Assembly (NCBI GenBank): GCA_963771885.1
Contig: CAVYVF010000023.1
Location: forward strand, 352,001 to 416,000
DNA length: 64,000 nucleotides
Source: Candidatus Bathyarchaeota archaeon
GTDB lineage: Archaea > Thermoproteota > Bathyarchaeia > TCS64
Direction of reading: 5' to 3'
The position numbers and the translations under genes are program-made. The notes beneath the pieces are model-generated. The model was given only the letters and a program-made list of their open reading frames with translations, made no database searches and was not told the DNA's origin. Positions 38,613 through 47,939 of this stretch are shown here, piece after piece. How positions within the stretch are numbered: position 1 is the stretch's first letter; each line of letters begins with the position of its first letter.

Positions 38613-39520
38613 TGCTTCGCCGCCTCCCCACTGGTCTTCTTGAGGGGGAGGACCGGCGTCCCCTCGAGGCCGAGGACGTTGAGCACATCTGAGTTCGACG
38701 GAACGACGATCTTCGTCTGGTTGGCGAATGTGTCCCTGATGACGTCGAGCTTCTTGTTGATCTGGGCGTTCTCCTTGAAGTACTCGTTGGCGGCCTCGGA
38801 GACGAGCTTTATCGCCTTGGCGTCCGCCTCGGCGACGAGGAGTATGCTCTGGCTCCTGCCCTCCGCGACGAGGATCGTCGCCTCCTTGTCCTGCTCGGCG
38901 GCCTCCTTACGGCCCGTAGCCTGCAGCCTCGCCTGGCGGCGCTCCTGCTCGGCTGTCTTCTGTTTGTGCATCGCCTCCTGTATGTCCTTGGGCGGGTCGA
39001 TGCGCTGCACCTCGATCCTGTTCACCTTGGTGCCCCACTTGTCCGTTGCCTCATCGAGGATCTGCCTCAGATCCGTGTTGATCTTCTCACGGCTCGTCAG
39101 GCAGGTGTCGAGCGTCATCTCGCCGACGACGTTCCTCAGCGTCGTCTGGGCGAGCTTGACTATCGCCATCTCGAAGTCCTCGATCTCGTATATGGCGCGC
39201 TTCGGGTCCATTATCTGGTAGTAGACTACAGCATCAACGTTGACGACGACGTTGTCCTCTGTGATGATCTCCTGGGGGGGCACGTCGATGACTTGTTCCC
39301 TCATGTTTACGCGGTATAACCTCTGCATGATCGGCACGATGGTCCTGAGGCCGGGGCCTACGGTCTTGCTGTATGCGCCCCAACTCTCAACGAGACCCCT
39401 CTCGTACTGACCGACCACCTTTATGCCCGCAACGGCGAAGGTGATTACACCTAGGACAACGACTAGCGCTATCACCGCTACCTGTATCTCGAACACAGTT
39501 AACCCCAAATTAACAATCAT
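38609..39520 (-). CDS. SPFH/stomatin-like (QmcA-type) protein
   Basis: TM, then GPGL, VPPQEIITEDNV, TTLRNVVG and AEQERR. Confidence 0.9.
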   Translation of the reverse strand: MIVNLGLTVFEIQVAVIALVVVLGVITFAVAGIKVVGQYERGLVESWGAYSKTVGPGLRTIVPIMQRLYRVNMREQVIDVPPQEIITEDNVVVNVDAVVYYQIMDPKRAIYEIEDFEMAIVKLAQTTLRNVVGEMTLDTCLTSREKINTDLRQILDEATDKWGTKVNRIEVQRIDPPKDIQEAMHKQKTAEQERRQARLQATGRKEAAEQDKEATILVAEGRSQSILLVAEADAKAIKLVSEAANEYFKENAQINKKLDVIRDTFANQTKIVVPSNSDVLNVLGLEGTPVLPLKKTSGEAAKQ

Positions 39521-39984
39521 TCTTCATCTCCCCCTTCTACCTGCTCCACGATGAGGCTAACCCCCTCGACCCTAAGGACTCTGACGGCGGAGCCCTTGGG
39601 TATCAGGTCGTCCCCTTCGGCGCGTGCGAACCACTTCTCTCCAAAGAGCTTGATCAGCCCGCCCTCCACAGGCTTGATGTCGGTCTGCGCCAGCGTCTCA
39701 CGCCCGATGAGCGAGTCGACGTTCGTCGGGGTGAAGTTGGCCTTCGCGTCCCGGACGTGGGGATTACCCACCATCTCGACAATCTGGTACTTCGACCCCT
39801 TGATCAGGTTAATGCGCCTAACGAGTTCGCCGAAGTCGTCGGTTTTAATTCTGAGCGTGAATCCCTCGTCGCATCTGACGAGGCTGTAGCTCGCCTCGTG
39901 CTGCTGGCTGAACTTGTCGAGGACTTGGTAGAGCTTGAACTCGTCGGCCTCTACCTTGAGCGCGACCATCGTGGACATATCCAA
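39517..39984 (-). CDS. NfeD-like OB-fold protein
   Basis: SLIGRE...GLIKLFGEKWFAR...IPKGSAVRVLRVEGVSLIVE. Confidence 0.75.
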   Translation of the reverse strand: MDMSTMVALKVEADEFKLYQVLDKFSQQHEASYSLVRCDEGFTLRIKTDDFGELVRRINLIKGSKYQIVEMVGNPHVRDAKANFTPTNVDSLIGRETLAQTDIKPVEGGLIKLFGEKWFARAEGDDLIPKGSAVRVLRVEGVSLIVEQVEGGDEE

Positions 39985-40093
39985 ATGATCCTTTGTAAAG
40001 GGATGTATATAGGGTTATCGAGGGTTATCTATTATCATTTATTGTGGTCTATGTGGGCTCAGTACTTTATAGGGGGACAGCGAGTATCCCCCA

Positions 40094-40552
40094 ATGGTCA
40101 GGAGCATCGTAATCGAGTTCCCATCCGTGCACTCTTCCGTGTGCGCCGACCTATGGGAGGAAGTGGAGCCAGAGCTCTGTGAGACCCTTTGGGGAAACCT
40201 CGCGGAGCCCATTAAGATGGTGTGCAGACACCCGGTTAGCAGCGGACAGGAGTTCAGTGCCGAAGCGCGCCCTCCGAGGCACCCCGTCAAGTCAGGCCTC
40301 GGCGTCGGGCGGAAGAGGTATCTTTACACGACGGTGCCTCTCGGCGGCGTCGTCTACGCCGTCACCGGCGGCTTCGGCGGCCTCAGCCTCTACTACGGGC
40401 CATGCACAGAACCCCTCCAGATCAGGGGAAGCGTCGTTGCACAGGTAATCCCCGAAGACCTCCCAAAGGCTGCGAAGGCGGGCAAGGCGGTCTGGGACGC
40501 TCAAGCGCTGGAGCACAAACCGATGACGATAGTCGTGAGGAGGGCACAGTAA
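40094..40552 (+). CDS. Cyclophilin-like fold protein (DUF3830-like)
   Basis: LWEEVEPELCETLW..L, HP.SSGQE and YYGPCTEP. Confidence 0.55.
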   Translation: MVRSIVIEFPSVHSSVCADLWEEVEPELCETLWGNLAEPIKMVCRHPVSSGQEFSAEARPPRHPVKSGLGVGRKRYLYTTVPLGGVVYAVTGGFGGLSLYYGPCTEPLQIRGSVVAQVIPEDLPKAAKAGKAVWDAQALEHKPMTIVVRRAQ

Positions 40553-41109
40553 TGAGGGACTGGCGAACGGTCAAGGACGAGATTGAGAAGGACCTAGACC
40601 GCATCTTCTGGGACGAGCCCGTCGAGGTGGAGATGTGCCGTCTCGGAGTCTTCCCGAGCGGGGCGGAGGTACACGGTCAAGTGCTTGGCAACCTCCTCTT
40701 CCTCGTAGGGGACACCTCAGCGATGGGGTGGAAATGCGCTCAGCCGACCATCAACGCGGCGCTGAGGGACCCGAGGTTCACGGTGGAGCAGGTAGAGGCG
40801 ATCTGGCTCGCGGCGACGATGCCGATAGCCAAGCTGGTCGGCGACGTCGACCCGCCGAGGTGCCCCGCGCCATGGCTCAACCTTCCCAAAGTCCTAAGGT
40901 TCGCCAAGGAGATCGAGGAGTCCTTCTCTAGCATCAAGACCAAAGAGGAGCTCGAGGACTTGCTCTGGAGTTGGTTCAACTACATCAACACACTGAACCG
41001 GTGGTTCACCGTGGCGTTCCCGTTCGAGATGGGAGCGCTCTTACCCCTGAGGAGCGGCGCGAATATTGAGCACCTCCGCGAGCTCAACGAGAAGGGTCTA
41101 CGCGATTAG
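40552..41109 (+). CDS. Cucumopine-synthase C-terminal-like helical protein
   Basis: IFWDEPVEV and Y.N.LNRW...FPF..G; ATG overlaps the upstream TAA. Confidence 0.55.
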   Translation: MRDWRTVKDEIEKDLDRIFWDEPVEVEMCRLGVFPSGAEVHGQVLGNLLFLVGDTSAMGWKCAQPTINAALRDPRFTVEQVEAIWLAATMPIAKLVGDVDPPRCPAPWLNLPKVLRFAKEIEESFSSIKTKEELEDLLWSWFNYINTLNRWFTVAFPFEMGALLPLRSGANIEHLRELNEKGLRD

Positions 41110-41149
41110 TTACATATTGCGGTTTTTTCCCGCCTGGTTCGGCGCAAGT

Positions 41150-41653
41150 CTAGAGGCCGTGGATTATGTGCAGGATGATGCTCATCAGGAGCGTCATCGC
41201 AGCGGCTGGATGGAGGAACTTGTAGTATCTGATCCATACGGGCTTGACTGCGAAGAATGTTGTGAGCCCCGTCGCCACGAGGATAAGCACGGCAACGTAC
41301 TGCACGACGCCGGTGCCGAGGTCGGGGTAACTCGTCGGGGAGCGGGATATCTGGTGTGCGAGGTGGGTAGAGACTAGAAGGAAGCCTAGTAGGTTCCCGA
41401 AGGCGTGTAGTCTAAGGGTGTTTGCCGTGGTAGCGTGGCGCGCCCTCTTGGCGTAGACGTACCACGCGGTAACGGCAAATATGATGATTGAGCCGATCCA
41501 CCCCGTCCAGTGCTGTGGGGAGTTGACGACGCCGAGTATGTCGATGGGTGTGAAGGGCAGCCTTACCAGGTGCAGGAGTACCGCCGTCATCACGATGGCG
41601 GTCGCCGCGACAATGGCTAGAGCTAACCATAACGTTGTCCTCCTGCTGACCAT
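41150..41653 (-). CDS. His-containing membrane protein (cytochrome b-like helices)
   Basis: Five TM segments with HWTGWIG, LRLH, STH, FLHP and ILHIIH. Confidence 0.6.
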   Translation of the reverse strand: MVSRRTTLWLALAIVAATAIVMTAVLLHLVRLPFTPIDILGVVNSPQHWTGWIGSIIIFAVTAWYVYAKRARHATTANTLRLHAFGNLLGFLLVSTHLAHQISRSPTSYPDLGTGVVQYVAVLILVATGLTTFFAVKPVWIRYYKFLHPAAAMTLLMSIILHIIHGL

Positions 41654-41757
41654 ACTTGATCCATGAAAACCGGGGTATTTATTACATCTTACATGGGGGA
41701 GTGTCGCGTCAAGACGAGTTGGCCTTGAGGCGTGCTCCCCTCATAACGAGAAAAATT

Positions 41758-42660
41758 TTACTTCAGCTTCAGGTCGGCGAGTATCTGGAAGAGGCGTATT
41801 CGTCCCTCGTCGGTGAGTGGGACCTTTGGGCTCCTGCTGGTCGCCGTCTCGATAACGCCGCGGTACTTGAGAGTCTCCTTCTCGATCTCGGCGGTAGCGC
41901 CGGGGCTGGCGTGGAAGAGGTCGACCCAGGGCTTGTACTTGACGTAAGCCTTCTCAGCCGCCTTCGCATTGCCCTTCTTGGCGGGCGTCCATATCTCCCT
42001 GATGAGGTCTGTGAGGCACCCGCTCGGGATCGTGCCGTCAGCGCCGAGGGCCGCCTCCTGGAGGATGAGTTTGGCTGCCATGCCGCCGAAGACGGAGACC
42101 CGCTTGGGCATGAGGCGGTTGATATCGCGTAGCTTGTCGAGTGTCCCTGGCCCCTCGAGCTTGATACTGACGAGGTTGCTGTATTCGTCGGCGAGGTCGA
42201 GGTAGGTTGTGGGGCAGATGTGTATCCCCGTCGCGTCCTCGGCGTCCTGGAGCATGACGGGTAGGTTTGTGGAGCCGCAGATGGCACCTATGTGGCTCTT
42301 GACTATCGCCTTGCTCGGCGTGTGGCTGAAGTAGGGCACCATGGCGATGACGCCGTCGGCGCCCCTGTCATCCGCGTGCTTCGCGAGGCGTATCGCTAGC
42401 TCGGTGCCGCTGTGGCTCACCCCGTAGAGTACCGGCACCCTCCCGTCCGCTGCTTCAATCGTTGCGTCGAGGATATCCATCCGCTCCTCCTCGCTGAACT
42501 TGAAGAACTCCCCCGCGATTATCCCCGGGCAGACCCCATCCGCCCCCCACTCGATGTTCGCCTCGACCTGGGCGCGCATGCCAGCCACGTCGAGGTCGCC
42601 CTTCGCATCCGTCACTGTGCAGAGGGCTGGATAAACCCCGGCCCAATCAGGCTTGACCAT
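41758..42660 (-). CDS. DapA/dihydrodipicolinate synthase family aldolase
   Basis: GVYPAL, GEF..FS.EER, GADG....PY and IKLE. Confidence 0.88.
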   Translation of the reverse strand: MVKPDWAGVYPALCTVTDAKGDLDVAGMRAQVEANIEWGADGVCPGIIAGEFFKFSEEERMDILDATIEAADGRVPVLYGVSHSGTELAIRLAKHADDRGADGVIAMVPYFSHTPSKAIVKSHIGAICGSTNLPVMLQDAEDATGIHICPTTYLDLADEYSNLVSIKLEGPGTLDKLRDINRLMPKRVSVFGGMAAKLILQEAALGADGTIPSGCLTDLIREIWTPAKKGNAKAAEKAYVKYKPWVDLFHASPGATAEIEKETLKYRGVIETATSRSPKVPLTDEGRIRLFQILADLKLK

Positions 42661-42746
42661 GTTCCACTATGGGGAATCTATCCCCTTAACCGTTGCCACG
42701 GCAAGTGTTTTCTTAACAGTCGACGGAAGTCTCACCAGTGGTTCAG

Positions 42747-45200
42747 ATGGCGAGGCTACCCTACTCCAAAAAGACCCTGAGAGCGACGGGATCCCAGTAC
42801 AGCTACGGCCCCGAGGCGACTCAGGCGGCGTTCCTCCTCGGTGGCATTGGCACGGGCAACGTGAGCGTCGGTGCGCGCGGCGATCTGCGCGACTGGGAGA
42901 TATTCAACAGGTCGGCGAAGGGGCAGAGGATGCCCTACGGCTTCTTCAGCATAGCCGTCAAGCAGGGTGACGAGGTCGACGCACGCGTCCTCGAGTCGCG
43001 TCTGCAACCACCGTTCGCTGAGAGTCACGGCTTCCACCCGAGCACAACCGCGGGGCTTCCCCGATTCGCCCATAGCGAGATGCGTGGCGAGTATCCCCTC
43101 TGCTGGGTCGACATCTGGGATGAGGAGCTCCCCATCGAGGTGACGCTCGAGGCATATACGCCGCTTATCCCCCATGAGCCTGACGACTCAGGCATCCCCG
43201 TTGCTGCCCTTACATATACCGTCAGGAACGTCGGCACGACGTCAATCGATGTCACGATAGTAGGCAGTCTCACCAACGCCGTCGGCCATACAGGGGTCGA
43301 CCAGTTCGGCGCAATAAAAACCCAGGGCTTCGGAGGCAACTCGAACGAGTTGCGTGTAGAGCAGGAGCTAATCGGCGTCTACCTCCACTCGCAGAAACAC
43401 CCGGCCGACGACATCCTCCACGGCAGTCTTGCTCTCGCCACGACTAACAAGAGGACGACGGTTAAGCCCCATTGGCTGAGAAGCGGCTGGTGGGACGCTC
43501 TGCGTGAGTTCTGGGATGACATGCAGGACGGGACGCTAACCTCCCACGGCTACACGACGCCCAGCGAGGAGGGAAAGACAGATGTAGCCAGTGTCGGCGC
43601 CACCGAGGCTATCAAACCCGGTGAGGAGAAGACGTTCCGATTCATACTCGCGTGGCACTTCCCCAACAGGGTCCGCCACTGGGACCAGCGCCTCTGCGCC
43701 TGCGGCGGCGACTGCGAGCAGGAGGTAATCCGAAACCGCTACGCGTTGCGCTTCGATAACGCGTGGGAGGTCGCCCGCTACATGGTTGAAACGTGGGACC
43801 ACCTCGACGGGATGACCCACACATTCCACGACGCCCTATTCCAAAGCACGCTACCTGCACACGTCCTCGACGCCGCCTCCGCAAACATAATTGCGCTCCG
43901 CAGCAACACTTGCTTCTGGCTCGAGGACGGCACATTCCTCGCCTACGAGGGGTGCTTCGACGACGCCGGCTGTTGCAGTGGTAGTTGCACGCACGTTTGG
44001 AACTACGAGCAGACCCTCGCCTACCTCTTCCCCACTCTTGAGCGGAACATGAGAGAAGTCGAGTTCCGGAGTGAGACCCACCCGGACGGTGAGATGAACT
44101 TCCGTGTAAGGAACGCATTCCCGGGCACGATCAACTCTGACACTAAAGAGGCGGCGAGCGACGGGCAGCTCGGCAGCATAACGCGCGTCTATCGTGAGTG
44201 GAAGCTATCGGGGGACACGGACTGGATGACTGGGCTCTGGCCCCAAGTCAAGCTATCGATGGAATACAGCATCAGGACGTGGGACCCTGACAAAGACGGC
44301 GTCACAGACGGGCGCCAGCACAACACCTACGACATCCAGTTCTACGGCCCTAATCCACTCACCGGCGTCATCTACCTCGCCGCCCTGCGTGCCTCCGCGA
44401 AAATGGCGGAGGCAGCGGGTGATTACGACGCCGCCGAGCGCTATGCCAGCTTACTCGCTAAGGGTGGTAGGAAGCTCGATAAAGTACTCTGGAACGGCGA
44501 GTACTACGAGCAGCGCCTCCCCGACGTGGACGCCTACAAGTACCAGCACGGCGTCGGGTGCCTAGCCGACCAACTCCTCGGGCAGCTGAACGCCCACCTA
44601 GCTGGCCTCGGCTACGTGCTCCCCCCGAGGAAGGTAAAGAAGGCGATCAGCGCCGTCTTCAGGCACAACCTGCTCACGGACTTCACTCACCACGACAACT
44701 GCCAGCGTACATACGCCCTCAACGACGAGGTTGGGCTCTTGCTATGCACGTGGCCTAATGGGGGCAGACCTAAGATTCCCTTCCCATACAGTCACGAGGT
44801 ATGGACGGGTATAGAGTACCAAGTCGCCGCCCACCTTATCTGGGAGGGGCTGGTCGACGAGGGGCTCGCAGTCGTTAAGGCGGTGCGGGACAGGCACGAC
44901 GGCATCAAGCGAAGCCCGTGGAACGAGTTCGAATGTGGCCACCACTACGCCCGAGCCATGTCAAGTTGGGGCCTTATTATCGCTCTTAGCGGCTATAGCT
45001 GCGACATGGTTGAGAAGAAGATCAGCTTCAGCCCTCGCATCAACGGAGACGACTTCCGCTGCTTCTGGAGCACCGGCACCGCCTGGGGTGTATATACACA
45101 GAAGTGGGACGCCGAGGGAAAGCTCAGGCAGTGCATCGAGGTCATCCACGGCTCCCTCAAGGGCGTCAGGGTGAACGACAACCCCCAGCAACCCATATAA
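42747..45200 (+). CDS. GH116 glycoside hydrolase
   Basis: LGGIGTG, CTHVWNY, QHNTYD, EVWTGIEY and ECGHHYARAMSSW. Confidence 0.9.
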   Translation: MARLPYSKKTLRATGSQYSYGPEATQAAFLLGGIGTGNVSVGARGDLRDWEIFNRSAKGQRMPYGFFSIAVKQGDEVDARVLESRLQPPFAESHGFHPSTTAGLPRFAHSEMRGEYPLCWVDIWDEELPIEVTLEAYTPLIPHEPDDSGIPVAALTYTVRNVGTTSIDVTIVGSLTNAVGHTGVDQFGAIKTQGFGGNSNELRVEQELIGVYLHSQKHPADDILHGSLALATTNKRTTVKPHWLRSGWWDALREFWDDMQDGTLTSHGYTTPSEEGKTDVASVGATEAIKPGEEKTFRFILAWHFPNRVRHWDQRLCACGGDCEQEVIRNRYALRFDNAWEVARYMVETWDHLDGMTHTFHDALFQSTLPAHVLDAASANIIALRSNTCFWLEDGTFLAYEGCFDDAGCCSGSCTHVWNYEQTLAYLFPTLERNMREVEFRSETHPDGEMNFRVRNAFPGTINSDTKEAASDGQLGSITRVYREWKLSGDTDWMTGLWPQVKLSMEYSIRTWDPDKDGVTDGRQHNTYDIQFYGPNPLTGVIYLAALRASAKMAEAAGDYDAAERYASLLAKGGRKLDKVLWNGEYYEQRLPDVDAYKYQHGVGCLADQLLGQLNAHLAGLGYVLPPRKVKKAISAVFRHNLLTDFTHHDNCQRTYALNDEVGLLLCTWPNGGRPKIPFPYSHEVWTGIEYQVAAHLIWEGLVDEGLAVVKAVRDRHDGIKRSPWNEFECGHHYARAMSSWGLIIALSGYSCDMVEKKISFSPRINGDDFRCFWSTGTAWGVYTQKWDAEGKLRQCIEVIHGSLKGVRVNDNPQQPI

Positions 45201-45227
45201 CCCTGAACGCCCCAACCACGGGGAACA

Positions 45228-45875
45228 ATGTCTTGGGACGCCGAGTACAACAAGTACAGGCAGATCTGGGGTGAGAGACCAAGCGAGCTTACCCTTGAGG
45301 CGGCAAAAAGGCTTATCTACTCAAAGGGGAAGCCGCTGCGAGTCCTCGACATCGGCTGCGGCTACGGACGCGACTCGGTGTTTATAACGAAGAGCCTCGG
45401 CTTTAGGGTCCTCGGCATCGATATCTCCGAGAAGGCCGTCGAGATGGCTAAGGAGAACGCCCTAAAGGCGCAGGCAGGCAAGGCCGAGTTCAAGATCTCC
45501 GACTTCCGCGACCTTAACAGTTACTTCGACGTCATTATAGTCTCTAATCTCTACCACCTGCTGCCTCCCGAGGGGCGCAGAGACCTTGCGTACCACGTGG
45601 CGCGTCTACTGGGCCCGGAGGGCAGATTGTATCTGAACGCCATCTCGGTCAATGACGGCGAGCACTTCGGCGTTGGGACACCGGTGGAGAGCGAGGAGAA
45701 CTCGTGGGTCGATAAAGGCAGGTACATACACCTCAGTGCTGAGGAGGAGTTACGCGGGGCCTTCCACGCATTAAAGGTCAAGGAGCTTTACGAGCATGAG
45801 TACGAGGAGCCCCACCCGGGGGCACGTACTCACTACCACAAGGCATGGATTCTGGTAGCTGAGAAGTTAATTTGA
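45228..45875 (+). CDS. Class I SAM-dependent methyltransferase
   Basis: VLDIGCGYGRD and GIDIS. Confidence 0.88.
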   Translation: MSWDAEYNKYRQIWGERPSELTLEAAKRLIYSKGKPLRVLDIGCGYGRDSVFITKSLGFRVLGIDISEKAVEMAKENALKAQAGKAEFKISDFRDLNSYFDVIIVSNLYHLLPPEGRRDLAYHVARLLGPEGRLYLNAISVNDGEHFGVGTPVESEENSWVDKGRYIHLSAEEELRGAFHALKVKELYEHEYEEPHPGARTHYHKAWILVAEKLI

Positions 45876-45882
45876 GAAGGGT

Positions 45883-45958
45883 TGGTGCGGTCGCCGGGAT
45901 TCGGACCCGGGTTTCCTGCGTGGCAGGCAGGTATCCTACCAGGCTAGACTACAACCGC
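45883..45958 (-). tRNA. tRNA-Gly(GCC), CCA encoded, no intron
   Basis: GCGGTTG acceptor pairing with CGACCGC-A-CCA; anticodon arm CCTGC-CTGCCAC-GCAGG; T arm CCGGG-TCCGAAT-CCCGG. Confidence 0.95.
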
Positions 45959-46008
45959 GCGCATCCAGAAATGTCAAGGGGCTCCTATTAATCTCTTACC
46001 CCGAGAGC

Positions 46009-46530
46009 TCAGCCCTCGCGTTTCCTGAGGATCATCTCGGCCGCGACCTCGGCGGCGATTCCGCAGACCTTGAGGCAACCCTCGTCGCCGTGGCCGCCCG
46101 AGTTGATGAAGTCGGTTCTTTGGGCGGCGTCGGCTAGGTTCCAACTCCTCCCATAGAGCGCTTGCTGTATGTCCCGGCAGAGCGTCGAGGGGAGTGGCTT
46201 CTCGAGCGCCCACTCCTTCTCGAGGCGGTGCATGAACTCGTTGCTCAGGGCGTAGCCGTCGGCGACCGTACCCTGTAGCTTTGGCAGGTCTTCGAGCTTC
46301 TCCCTTCCCTCCTCGAGGCCGAGGGCCATGAGTGCGCCGACGAGTGCTCCACAAGACTCGCCTCTCCTCGCCATGCCGCCGGCGAAGGCAGTCGCGGCTT
46401 TCAGGCTCTGGGCGTCTCCGATGTTCAAGCCTTCCTGTAAAGCGGCTATTACTGCCTGGCTGCAGCCGCTCATGTTCTCGTTGGCGTGTGCCTTGGCGCG
46501 TATAGCCTTGACCTTATTGTAATCAACCAT
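46009..46530 (-). CDS. C-GCAxxG-C-C family putative redox protein
   Basis: GCSQAV, FAGG...GESCGALVG, CRDI and C..VC. Confidence 0.85.
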   Translation of the reverse strand: MVDYNKVKAIRAKAHANENMSGCSQAVIAALQEGLNIGDAQSLKAATAFAGGMARRGESCGALVGALMALGLEEGREKLEDLPKLQGTVADGYALSNEFMHRLEKEWALEKPLPSTLCRDIQQALYGRSWNLADAAQRTDFINSGGHGDEGCLKVCGIAAEVAAEMILRKREG

Positions 46531-46572
46531 TAATGAGACGTGGTCCAGCCCCGATTTAAACCCTGAGCCGAG

Positions 46573-47091
46573 CTACATAACCCGTGGGAGGAGCCTCTCC
46601 GCAGCTACCTCGGCTGCGATCTTGCACACCTTGGGGCATCCCTCGTCGCCATGGCCCCCACAGGCGTAGAACGCCTCCCTCTGCGCCGTGTCGCGGAGGT
46701 CGTAGCTCCTCCCATAGATGCCCCTCTGGATGTCCCAGCAGATCGTAGACTTCAGCGGCTCCTTGAGGTTGAACTCCTTCTCGACTCGGCGCTGGAACTC
46801 GGTGGCCACCGTGTCGGCCTCGGCGCAGGCGGCGGCGTAGACCGTAGTGTCGGGCATTCTACTCCTACCCTCCACGAGCCCTACAGCCATCAACGCGCCT
46901 AACAACGCGCCGCAGGTCTCACCCCGCCTGGCGACTCCGCCGCTGAGAACCGTCGCTGCCTTGAACGAGTTTTGATCACCGATCATGAGCCCCTCCTGGA
47001 GCGCGAGGAGCACGGACTGACTGCAGCCGCTGTACTTGTCGTAGAAGAGGGCGCGCCTGCCGATCTCCTTCACGAGAACATCATCTACCAT
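46573..47091 (-). CDS. C-GCAxxG-C-C family putative redox protein (tandem paralog)
   Basis: GCSQSV, GETCGALLG, CWDI and CPKVC. Confidence 0.85.
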   Translation of the reverse strand: MVDDVLVKEIGRRALFYDKYSGCSQSVLLALQEGLMIGDQNSFKAATVLSGGVARRGETCGALLGALMAVGLVEGRSRMPDTTVYAAACAEADTVATEFQRRVEKEFNLKEPLKSTICWDIQRGIYGRSYDLRDTAQREAFYACGGHGDEGCPKVCKIAAEVAAERLLPRVM

Positions 47092-47179
47092 GATAACAAG
47101 TCGCCTCGTAGCCGATTTAAGACGTGACCCTAGTCGACATCAACATTTATACGGGGGCAAACCAGCATCCAGCAACGAA

Positions 47180-47518
47180 ATGATAGGTCTACACCTCATG
47201 CTCGACGGCATAATGCGTGTGCCGGTTACGCGTGATACCGTAGACGCCATCCTAAGCGAGCTTCCCGGCAATATCGGTATGAAGATACTTGCGGGCCCCA
47301 TCGTCGTGGCGGGCCATGACTGTAACCCCGGGTGGACAGGTTTCGTCGTCATCGACAAGAGCCACATAGCTATCCACACCTTCACCGATGGCAATAGGAT
47401 AAGCATCGACGTCTACAGCTGCCAGCCGTTCGACACCGACGAAGTGGAGCGCTACCTCAACAAAAAGATCGGTATTACGCACGTGAACAAGAGCGTAGTC
47501 AACCGCTCCGAGGCTTAG
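47180..47518 (+). CDS. Pyruvoyl-dependent decarboxylase (AdoMetDC/SpeD family)
   Basis: GLHLMLD, GWTG....KSHIAIHT and IDVYSC. Confidence 0.8.
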   Translation: MIGLHLMLDGIMRVPVTRDTVDAILSELPGNIGMKILAGPIVVAGHDCNPGWTGFVVIDKSHIAIHTFTDGNRISIDVYSCQPFDTDEVERYLNKKIGITHVNKSVVNRSEA

Positions 47519-47897
47519 ACCGACTTTTAGCGAAGGCGTACGCCTCGTCCAACCACCTCCGGACGTCGCCATCCAGGTCAGCCTCCTTCTCAATGATAAG
47601 GTGGTGAGTCCAGAAGCCAGCTCGGGGCTCGACCGACTGCTTTATCCTCGGGTGCTCGACCCGATGCGGGAGGTCGAAAGTGAGAGTAATGGTGGCCTCG
47701 GGCCTCCTTACCCACATCTGGGGGAGCCAGATCCATACGAACTTTCTCCCGGCGCTGAATGAGACCTGCGTTTTCATCACCTCCATCTTGACGGGTCCGA
47801 GCGTTTCGATGTATTCTCTCACGTGATGGAAGAGGCGCAGGGATTCGTGTCGGCCCTCGAAGAAGCCCTCAATCGTCCAGATCCCGGGTGCCTTCAC
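47499..47897 (-). CDS. DUF5655-like hypothetical protein
   Basis: KTQVSF...RKF, WTHH and WLDEAY. Confidence 0.65.
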   Translation of the reverse strand: MKAPGIWTIEGFFEGRHESLRLFHHVREYIETLGPVKMEVMKTQVSFSAGRKFVWIWLPQMWVRRPEATITLTFDLPHRVEHPRIKQSVEPRAGFWTHHLIIEKEADLDGDVRRWLDEAYAFAKSRSKPRSG

Positions 47898-47939
47898 GGT
47901 GAAGCCATGGAGTCACTACAATTTAGTTGTTTATCACGC

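Noticed and set aside
45883..45958. tRNA-Gly as an integration site
   Set aside because: No integrase and no duplicated tRNA end noticed in the window
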